Below, in pieces: positions 50,485 to 57,781 of a stretch of DNA of 64,000 nt. Below the pieces are notes generated by a model, which was not told where the DNA came from, ran no database searches, and saw only the letters and a list, made by a program, of their open reading frames with translations. Made by a program: the position numbers and the translations under genes. The stretch is from positions 80,268-144,267 of IMG/VR virus record IMGVR_UViG_3300050821_001428. One strand, written 5' to 3'. Origin of the DNA: a virus. How positions within the stretch are numbered: the first letter of the stretch is position 1; each line of letters starts with the position of its first letter.

Positions 50485-52614
50485 ATGTCCTTACCTTTAC
50501 CATATCCTAGTAAGCCACCTAGTAGTCAAGTACCACCTACAGCACCAAGCGGTGTGGGTGCTTCATCCGGCACGATTGCCGTAGCGGACGGAAATGGTGG
50601 ATGGAATGTCCGAAATTTGCTACCTGCTGACGTTGGCATTAATTTAACTACTACTATATTACCCGCAGATATTGGTGCTGCCGCTCAAACGGATCTGTTA
50701 ACCCATACTACAAATACTAGTAACCCTCACTCGACGACCGCCGCGCAGGTAGGAATCAACTCATCTATGTTAACTGCACTCACGGCGTTGGCTGCTGGAA
50801 CCTACTCGGGTGGATCTGGTGGTGGTGGCCTGGCGAGTGGCCTGCTTTATGGTGATGGTTCAGATGGTGTTGTTACGTTCGACGGGACCACGACTTTCAG
50901 CTTCGCAACCTTATCGGGATCGACCTATACGTTGACACGCGATATTAACCTGTCAGGCGGCTCTGTAATCAACTCAGGTGTTACGATTGAAGTTGCCTGT
51001 AGTCGAATCTTCTGCATCGGATTACTTACTAATAATGGAACTATCCAGTCCAACGGTATTACAGCAACGGGACAGCCAGCGGTTTCTTATAATCTTGCGG
51101 GCAACCTAACATCCCTCGGGCATCCCGGTAACGGTGGCGCTGGAGGAAACAAGGTAAACGGCTCCGCTGGTGGAGCAGGAGCAGGAGCAGGAGCAGGTGG
51201 TATCGGTGGAGTAACGGGTGCCAACACGCCCGGGGCGTCAGGAGCAAGTGCAGCAATAACTTTGCCTCACACATCTAATGTCGCACTTGGTGCTGTAATG
51301 GCCGTAGGAGTTTGGACACCATTCGGTCGCGGTGGAGGTGGAGGCGGAGGCTGCGGCGATAGCTCTAACACCGGTGGTGCTGGAGGTACCGGTGCGGGCC
51401 TCGTACTAATCACTGCTCAATCATTTATCAATAACGGTGTTATGCAGGCAATCGGAGGTAACGGTGCTCCGGGCACGGCTGGTAACGCATCGGGCGGAGG
51501 CGGAGGCGGAGGCGGTAGCATCGTCGTCGTTTCAGCAGCTTCAATTACAGGTAGTGGTTCAGTTACCTGTGCTGGCGGAACTGGTGGTTTAAAGGCAGCG
51601 GGCGGCACCGGCAACAACGGGGCTGCTGGGGCTGCCGGACCCGGCCTGACGAACATCGTTCTACCGCTTGACACCGTGACTGGTAACCCATACACATGGG
51701 CCTATGGTGACGGTAGCGACGGAGTTGTGACCTTCGACGGTACCACAACGAATGCTTTCTCATCACTCAGCGGTAGTACCTACACGTTGACCCGCGATGT
51801 ATTCCTTGCCAGTGGTTCAATTATCAACTCGGGCGTGACGGTAGTGCAGGGCTCCTATAACAGCACCCTCGCTAACCCGCAAGCATTCCGTATCTTCTGC
51901 AAGGGAACGCTGACCAACAACGGCACGATCAGCAACAACGGTGCTCCCGGATCGGTCACGAACTCCTACCTTGGAAGCGCAGTCAATCAGGGCACTGTCT
52001 CCGGGCCAAGTCGAGGCGGTCCAGGGGCAAGCGGCTCGGGTACCCCCGGGTTCACAGGCTCAGGTTCGTTTGGTGGTGGTGCTGGTGGTGGTGGTGGTAA
52101 GGGTTCAAGTGCCGCATCACAGAGCAACGCAACAGGAGGTAGCGGTGGTGGTTCATTTGGTACCACTGGCAGCATCCCTCGTAGTGCTCTCGCCACCATC
52201 GGCTCTTGCATGGAGGGCGGCAGTTGGCAGATGTTCGGTCAAGGCGGTTCTGGTGGTGGTGGTACCGCTGATGGTACTAATGTTGCAGGATCAGGCGGTC
52301 AAGGCGGCGGTCTGGTACTTATTGCGGCAGTTATCTTTATAAACAACGGCGTTATCCAAGCTCTTGGTGGTAACGGTGGTTCTCCAGTTACAGGAACATG
52401 CGGTGCCGGTGGAGGTGGTGGAGGTGGAATGATCTTAATGATCACAACCGCTGCGGTTACAGGAACCGGCTCAACCAGCACTGCCGGGGGTACCGGGGGT
52501 ATGGGAACGAACACCGCTGCTGGGCACGGTCAGATCACCACGAATGTTGCTTCATCCACGACGGACGGCAATAACGCGGGCACTGGTGCAGTCCTTAATC
52601 TATTGGTGGCATAA
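50485..52614 (+). CDS. Glycine-rich fibre-like virion protein with a tandemly duplicated domain
   Basis: Two copies of YGDGSDGVVTFDGTTT..LSGSTYTLTRD..INSGVT..RIFC.G.LTNNGTI followed by GGxGG runs (starting at about 50848 and 51703). Confidence 0.75.
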   Translation: MSLPLPYPSKPPSSQVPPTAPSGVGASSGTIAVADGNGGWNVRNLLPADVGINLTTTILPADIGAAAQTDLLTHTTNTSNPHSTTAAQVGINSSMLTALTALAAGTYSGGSGGGGLASGLLYGDGSDGVVTFDGTTTFSFATLSGSTYTLTRDINLSGGSVINSGVTIEVACSRIFCIGLLTNNGTIQSNGITATGQPAVSYNLAGNLTSLGHPGNGGAGGNKVNGSAGGAGAGAGAGGIGGVTGANTPGASGASAAITLPHTSNVALGAVMAVGVWTPFGRGGGGGGGCGDSSNTGGAGGTGAGLVLITAQSFINNGVMQAIGGNGAPGTAGNASGGGGGGGGSIVVVSAASITGSGSVTCAGGTGGLKAAGGTGNNGAAGAAGPGLTNIVLPLDTVTGNPYTWAYGDGSDGVVTFDGTTTNAFSSLSGSTYTLTRDVFLASGSIINSGVTVVQGSYNSTLANPQAFRIFCKGTLTNNGTISNNGAPGSVTNSYLGSAVNQGTVSGPSRGGPGASGSGTPGFTGSGSFGGGAGGGGGKGSSAASQSNATGGSGGGSFGTTGSIPRSALATIGSCMEGGSWQMFGQGGSGGGGTADGTNVAGSGGQGGGLVLIAAVIFINNGVIQALGGNGGSPVTGTCGAGGGGGGGMILMITTAAVTGTGSTSTAGGTGGMGTNTAAGHGQITTNVASSTTDGNNAGTGAVLNLLVA

Positions 52615-53690
52615 TGGCGCTCGCATCATTTAGTCCGCGCTCAATCTGGCGCACGGCGTTGGCAGATAACGCTCCTTTGGTTACCGGAGGTTCAAGCCAA
52701 GTACAAGGTCTGATTAATCAAATCCGGTCAAGCAAGACTCCACAATCAAGCCCCATCTGGAGTGCATTCTTCAATCCGCCATTTACTACCGCTTTAAGTC
52801 AGTCGTCTTACGGTATTCCGGTGTGGGTAGTTCCTACGGGACAAGCAACCCAGAAGGTACAACTTATCGTCAATGGTATTCCTCAGACGAATAGTCACCC
52901 TCTACAGGCTGCATGGAATAATGTGCCGCTACCAACTGGTATTTCACAGCTAGAGGCAAATGGTAGCGACGGGTCTTGCGTCGTATGGCGACCGTCCACA
53001 GATGAGCTATGGGAGTTCTGGCACTTCATTGATGACAACACCGGGATTACCCCGAATGGACCCTCGGCAGTATGGGGCGGGTATATCGAGAAGGTATCAG
53101 AGCATCCTGGCTACTATGTCGGTACCCCTGAGACAAACAACCTAAGCTGGGGCGTTCGTGCAGCGGGTTTCTCCGCGCTCGGTGGCCTTATTCGTGTCGA
53201 TGAGGTTAACGCGGGTCTTATTCCACACGCTCTTGTGTGTAGCCTCGGGCTGACACTGAATACGCTCGCTCCTGCACAGCGATCCGACTCATCAATATCA
53301 CCAACTAATTTGGGGTTCTTCGGGCCGTCTACCCTGTCTATTCTTGATGCTAATGCTGTTTCCGAGGGTGCGTTGTTTCGCTTCCCGCCCGGTGCAACGC
53401 CAAGCAATCTCACAACGATTCAGGCAATACTCTACAACGCAATCCGTGACTATGGTATGTATATTGGCGATACCGGCGACTGTATGTCTATCTACGCCGA
53501 AGATACACGCACGTTCGGGACGGGCTACACGGATAGTACGGCGCAGGTTAATGCTACTATGCCTATCTCTGCCGATATATATGCATTACCCTGGGAATCA
53601 ATTGAACAAGTCGCGTGGACGAATTCGGTCCCAACCGGCAAGAAACTCTGCCACTACCAGGGGTCCGTGGCGCTAATCACGGCATACTGA
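52614..53690 (+). CDS. Conserved-looking secreted/surface-type protein of unknown (possibly glycan-active) function
   Basis: 358 aa, coupled by TAATG. SIW..AP..YGIP..GSDG..LWEFW..RAAGFSALGGLIR..IPHAL..EG..FR..RDYG..IGDTG. Confidence 0.55.
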   Translation: MALASFSPRSIWRTALADNAPLVTGGSSQVQGLINQIRSSKTPQSSPIWSAFFNPPFTTALSQSSYGIPVWVVPTGQATQKVQLIVNGIPQTNSHPLQAAWNNVPLPTGISQLEANGSDGSCVVWRPSTDELWEFWHFIDDNTGITPNGPSAVWGGYIEKVSEHPGYYVGTPETNNLSWGVRAAGFSALGGLIRVDEVNAGLIPHALVCSLGLTLNTLAPAQRSDSSISPTNLGFFGPSTLSILDANAVSEGALFRFPPGATPSNLTTIQAILYNAIRDYGMYIGDTGDCMSIYAEDTRTFGTGYTDSTAQVNATMPISADIYALPWESIEQVAWTNSVPTGKKLCHYQGSVALITAY

Positions 53691-53726
53691 TCCAGCTATT
53701 GGGAAGCTATGATATGATTACACCAT

Positions 53727-54311
53727 ATGAACTATGGAGCCGTGATCTTAGATCCTCAATATGATCTCCTTGATGGAGGTAGTATTAATGCGTTAAATGC
53801 TGGTACGGCATTACAAAATATCGTAAAGTTAACTGCTGATGCTGATCTAGTAGTAGTTACTAGGGATCTACATCCCGATAATCACTTTTCTTTTAAAGAC
53901 GAGCCTTTATTCCAAGACGGATCATGGCCCGTCCATTGTGTAGAAGGCACCAAGGGTGCTAAGGTATTTCCTGCAATTCGTAAGCGGGCCGATTATATTA
54001 TATCCAAAGGTATGAGTCCTGTACCGCCAGATGCTTATTCGGCATTCTCAGCTAAGAAACTACGCCCTTTGGAAGACCTGATTGATATACTACGTAGACA
54101 TCCGGTAGATCGTCTTATAATAGCAGGATTTCTATTAGAGATAGGTGTCAAGTACACGGCTTTTGATGCTAATGCAATCGGTCATTGGACAGAAGTCATA
54201 GTACCGCTAGAAGCATGTGGTACTCTGTTAGATGCAGCCGGGATAGCAGAGGCGATAACACCTATGCGAAAGGCCGGAATCAAAATAGTCGATCATTTTA
54301 TCAACGAATAA
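53727..54311 (+). CDS. pncA: Nicotinamidase/isochorismatase-family protein (catalytic Cys appears replaced)
   Basis: DPQYD, TRDLHP..HFSF, WPVHCV.GT.GA, SKG...YSAF. Nucleophile position reads EIGV instead of DYCV. Confidence 0.8.
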   Translation: MNYGAVILDPQYDLLDGGSINALNAGTALQNIVKLTADADLVVVTRDLHPDNHFSFKDEPLFQDGSWPVHCVEGTKGAKVFPAIRKRADYIISKGMSPVPPDAYSAFSAKKLRPLEDLIDILRRHPVDRLIIAGFLLEIGVKYTAFDANAIGHWTEVIVPLEACGTLLDAAGIAEAITPMRKAGIKIVDHFINE

Positions 54312-54318
54312 CTAAATT

Positions 54319-54645
54319 ATGAATATTTCAATATCGCTAGTAATGAGTTTATCGCCAGATCCACAGTGGCTTATTTATAGGTCGCGTCAAGATACGCAGT
54401 CTGACGACCAACACATCCTTACAGAGACACAAGCCGAGCGCATTGCTACAGCGATCGATTTTACAATGGGAGTAGACCCAACAGATCCTGATGCATTGAT
54501 CCATGTTGTTAACAATGCCAACAGGATGATGTATAATGCACTTGAGCGTCAATTACAGGAGGCTGAGAGGCAAGCTGCTAAAATCAGTAGCCTCAGAGAA
54601 CGCCTCAGTCAACTAACCATAGAAAGCAATGAACAAGAACAGTAG
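54319..54645 (+). CDS. Hypothetical coiled-coil protein
   Basis: 108 aa in a tightly packed operon. Confidence 0.55.
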   Translation: MNISISLVMSLSPDPQWLIYRSRQDTQSDDQHILTETQAERIATAIDFTMGVDPTDPDALIHVVNNANRMMYNALERQLQEAERQAAKISSLRERLSQLTIESNEQEQ

Positions 54646-54877
54646 TGTATGCCCTATCTGTGATATGGATTGGTCTAATCACGGACTAGGAGGAAGTTGT
54701 TTAGTTACCCAACAAAATACAAGAGATAATGGCAAATTCAAAGAACTCAACTCGCAGGAAAAGAAAGTACGCCGATCCGCGCAAGATGACTACAGAGCGC
54801 AATCGTACCTTGACGAAGACTCGCCACGAACTAAGAACAGTTCGCATGGCCGAAAGAACTCTTTCCTTGATTGGTAA
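54629..54877 (+). CDS. Hypothetical protein with CxxC...H...C motif
   Basis: 82 aa, CPIC..NH..C. Overlaps both neighbours. Confidence 0.5.
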   Translation: MNKNSSVCPICDMDWSNHGLGGSCLVTQQNTRDNGKFKELNSQEKKVRRSAQDDYRAQSYLDEDSPRTKNSSHGRKNSFLDW

Positions 54878-55067
54878 GTCTGTATACTTCCGCTCACAAG
54901 GAAATCGTAAGCCTAGCGTCGGGACCGTAGTAGAGGTTATTACTAAGGGTGATGAGGCTTATCCTACAGACGCTAAGCGTAATGTAGGTACGTATCTCAA
55001 GATCAAGGACTCTTCTGGGATGCTACATATTAAGGCACGGTACCGTGTCAAGCCGGTAGGAGCATAA
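54846..55067 (+). CDS. Small SH3/Tudor-like protein (track ORF 54729..55067; start probably MAERTL)
   Basis: IGKSVYF..GTVVEVIT..YLKIKDSSG..HIK beta-barrel pattern. Confidence 0.5.
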   Translation: MAERTLSLIGKSVYFRSQGNRKPSVGTVVEVITKGDEAYPTDAKRNVGTYLKIKDSSGMLHIKARYRVKPVGA

Positions 55068-55379
55068 ATGCAATTTGATACTACTATAACCCCGCTACAA
55101 TTTAATATAGCGGTTTCAGAAGAAGATAATCATCTAGAATTCGTAGTTGTTTCCGGGACGCTATTGAATATGGGAGGCGGACAAGCTCTGCCCGTTCCTA
55201 TCGGTATCTATCGACTGCCTTTCCCAACCAAGGAATCGGCTAAGGAATTCCATACACAACTCGGTAAGGCAATTGAAGCAATGCCTGATGATACGCCCCA
55301 GAGCGATATTATGATCGCAAATAGTATCGGTCAAGTTAATGACTTGGCGAAGCAAATGGACAAAATTATAGTTAAGTAA
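55068..55379 (+). CDS. Hypothetical protein
   Basis: 103 aa, GGAG RBS, coupled to dcd. Confidence 0.6.
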   Translation: MQFDTTITPLQFNIAVSEEDNHLEFVVVSGTLLNMGGGQALPVPIGIYRLPFPTKESAKEFHTQLGKAIEAMPDDTPQSDIMIANSIGQVNDLAKQMDKIIVK

Positions 55380-55924
55380 TGTTAAGCGATTTTGATATAT
55401 TTCTACGTGGGGGAGAATTGGTTGAATCGTTTAATCATGAGATGGTTCAACCAGCTTCTATTGATCTACGTTTAGCTGAAAAGATCCTTATACCAACTGC
55501 AACAAATTACGTAAAAGAATGCAGCCCAATTGATCCTTTGCAACTTGACGTAGACTATACCACCGAATATCTCGATAAGCCATGGGCTATTCCACCCGGA
55601 GGGTTTATCCTCGGCTCTACCGTAGAGAAGGTTACAATGCCTCAGGACATCGTAGGTTGCGTCGAGGGTAAATCTTCTTTGGCCCGCCTGGGTCTGTTTA
55701 TCCATATCACTGCGGGCTTCATCGACCCTGGATTTCATGGTAATATCACCTTAGAGATTTATAACGTCAATCCTAGACCGATTATATTACGTAAGGATAT
55801 GAAGATTTGTCAGATTGCTTTTACAGCACTCGATAATCAATGCTTATATCCATACGGCCATGAAAGATTGAATAGTAAATATCAAGGACAAACAGGAGTT
55901 ACCGGGAGTCGTTATGAGTTATAA
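55379..55924 (+). CDS. dcd: dCTP deaminase
   Basis: MLSD..VQPASIDLRL...EGKSSLARLGL..TAGFIDPGFHGNITLE...ICQ..SKYQGQ.G.T.SR. Confidence 0.95.
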   Translation: MLSDFDIFLRGGELVESFNHEMVQPASIDLRLAEKILIPTATNYVKECSPIDPLQLDVDYTTEYLDKPWAIPPGGFILGSTVEKVTMPQDIVGCVEGKSSLARLGLFIHITAGFIDPGFHGNITLEIYNVNPRPIILRKDMKICQIAFTALDNQCLYPYGHERLNSKYQGQTGVTGSRYEL

Positions 55925-56816
55925 ATGTGAGATTTTAGCAGATAGTATCTCTGACCACGGAGATAGATTGACTACCTTTCTTGTTGAGTATCCCAGGATA
56001 GTATTATCCGAAACAAATACGCATCGTATGCTTTCTAAGAACACGGCTAGTAGTCGCGCTATCCCGGTCGCTAAGCAGATTGCCAAGGTTAGGGATGATC
56101 CATTTATTCCAACCGTCTTTGGTAAGAATCAAAAAGGCATGGTGGCCGAAGTTGATCTCACCCTTGATGATTCTGATAACGCCGAATTGATCTGGAATGA
56201 TGCACTATATGAGGCGGTACATTATGCGCAGTCACTAGACTATGTTGGAGTACATAAGCAGCTAGCTAATCGGATCATTGAGCCTTATACGTGGATTACG
56301 CAAATTATCACGGGTACAGATTGGAGTAATTTTTTTAAGCTACGCTGTGCCCCTGACGCACAACCAGAGATGCAAACGATTGCAATGATGATGCAGGAAG
56401 CGTATACAACGCATACACCCCAAGACCTACCTGAAAACGGTTGGCATCTTCCTTTGGTCACTCATCTAGATCAAAAGCCTTTTGAGGCTCGGTATAAAGA
56501 GATTGAGTATCTTAAACAATTATCTATCGGTCGATGTGCCAGAGTGAGTTATCTCACGCATGATGGTAAGCGTAATCCTGAGGCCGATATTGCTCTTTAC
56601 GAACGTTTATGGGCATCTGGGCACTTATCCCCCTTTGAACATGTCGCTAGACCATTTGGTGATGATGAGTGGGAAACCATCACAGCGATTCGTAATGAAA
56701 CCACTAATACTCATATTTATGGAGCATTTATTAAGCAAGCATTAAATGGTATGGAGTACGTGGGTAATCTACATGGTTGGATATCAGAGAGGATGGCGCT
56801 TGAATGCCATATTTAA
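55914..56816 (+). CDS. thyX: FAD-dependent thymidylate synthase (ThyX/Thy1)
   Basis: ETNTHRMLSKNTASSRAIP (RHRx7S variant), HKQLANRIIEP, FFKLR..AQPEM, RCARVSY, HLSPFEH. Adjacent to dcd. Confidence 0.85.
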   Translation: MSYKCEILADSISDHGDRLTTFLVEYPRIVLSETNTHRMLSKNTASSRAIPVAKQIAKVRDDPFIPTVFGKNQKGMVAEVDLTLDDSDNAELIWNDALYEAVHYAQSLDYVGVHKQLANRIIEPYTWITQIITGTDWSNFFKLRCAPDAQPEMQTIAMMMQEAYTTHTPQDLPENGWHLPLVTHLDQKPFEARYKEIEYLKQLSIGRCARVSYLTHDGKRNPEADIALYERLWASGHLSPFEHVARPFGDDEWETITAIRNETTNTHIYGAFIKQALNGMEYVGNLHGWISERMALECHI

Positions 56817-57076
56817 CAGAGTCAATGAAGTCACAAGCCGACGCCAATCCGCTATTTGGACGTGGTGATCCCGGTGTACTGAACTATCGTATCACTAAGA
56901 CTATTATTGAATGGCTTGATAAGGAGCCACGGTATTCAGATTATAACGCAGCTATTGGTGCCCTTGAATGTGCTAAGCTAGAGATGGTACGGAGATCTCT
57001 TAGTCCCTATGAAGATAAAGCTATTGAACGCAATGGCGATGTTTATCCATATTGGTTAGTACCTACCAATGATTAA
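56804..57076 (+). CDS. Small conserved phage protein associated with nucleotide-metabolism genes
   Basis: MPYL...G.LNY.IT...Y..YN.AIGALECAKLE..RR...PYED..I..NGDV. Confidence 0.7.
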   Translation: MPYLTESMKSQADANPLFGRGDPGVLNYRITKTIIEWLDKEPRYSDYNAAIGALECAKLEMVRRSLSPYEDKAIERNGDVYPYWLVPTND

Positions 57077-57084
57077 TAGGTGAT

Positions 57085-57513
57085 ATGTGGCATGATATTA
57101 CTAATTACTTTATAAATTTCTTTCATTATATGTATATACCTCATGGTGCTCCTTTTTATCAGGGTAATATTTGGGGAAATGCATTTGTTATCGCCGTTAT
57201 TGCTCCCTTGGGGTACATATGGTCTAAAACAGAGTCTTTCCCATTGAAACCTATTCAACATGGTTTAAAACATCTACATGACAAGGTAGACGGATTACAT
57301 GCACGTCACGATGCACATGATGAAATTCAAGCTAAGATTGTGGCCAGCTTGGAATTACTACATGAGAAACACGATGTGCTATATAATAGTCTTCATAAGC
57401 GCCTGGATCACCGTGATAACGTATTGAAGGAAGTGAAGGAGAGTTTATCCCCTCCAATGCCTCCTTTACCTTCTGGGTCACATACGGATCAGCTTCCGTT
57501 AGATCAGAATTAA
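57085..57513 (+). CDS. Membrane protein with coiled coil (possible holin/lysis accessory)
   Basis: TM segment NIWGNAFVIAVIAPLGYIW, then a His/Leu heptad region. Confidence 0.55.
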   Translation: MWHDITNYFINFFHYMYIPHGAPFYQGNIWGNAFVIAVIAPLGYIWSKTESFPLKPIQHGLKHLHDKVDGLHARHDAHDEIQAKIVASLELLHEKHDVLYNSLHKRLDHRDNVLKEVKESLSPPMPPLPSGSHTDQLPLDQN

Positions 57514-57721
57514 AGATACGATAGCCATTTTGTATAGGTAACGCATAACCATCTATTCGTTCTGGGTGATGAATCTCAATATCAGAATGATGGGGGTAAT
57601 CGGCAGGATGTTTACCAGCCGCATCTAATATATGAACTTTAGATGTAGAAGGGTCGAAAGACCAAAGGTGCTGAAATGGTTTGATTTGGTTTTTTTGTGA
57701 ACTTTGGATGGTAGAAGTCAT
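57332..57721 (-). CDS. Hypothetical protein with its own promoter
   Basis: 129 aa. GGAG RBS and TGgTATAAT upstream. Confidence 0.55.
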   Translation of the reverse strand: MTSTIQSSQKNQIKPFQHLWSFDPSTSKVHILDAAGKHPADYPHHSDIEIHHPERIDGYALPIQNGYRIFNSDLTEADPYVTQKVKEALEGINSPSLPSIRYHGDPGAYEDYYIAHRVSHVVIPSWPQS

Positions 57722-57751
57722 TGGCTATTCTCCATTCGTAATATAACAATT

Positions 57752-57760
57752 ATTATACCA
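57752..57760 (-). promoter_or_regulatory. Extended -10 promoter
   Basis: Minus-strand TGgTATAAT upstream of the GGAG RBS and the ATG at 57721. Confidence 0.6.
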
Positions 57761-57781
57761 TGCATGACTTAATTAAAGACA

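Noticed and set aside
54729-54845. N-terminal 39 codons of track ORF 54729..55067
   Set aside because: They overlap the 54629..54877 gene extensively. The later Met at 54846 gives a more normal arrangement.
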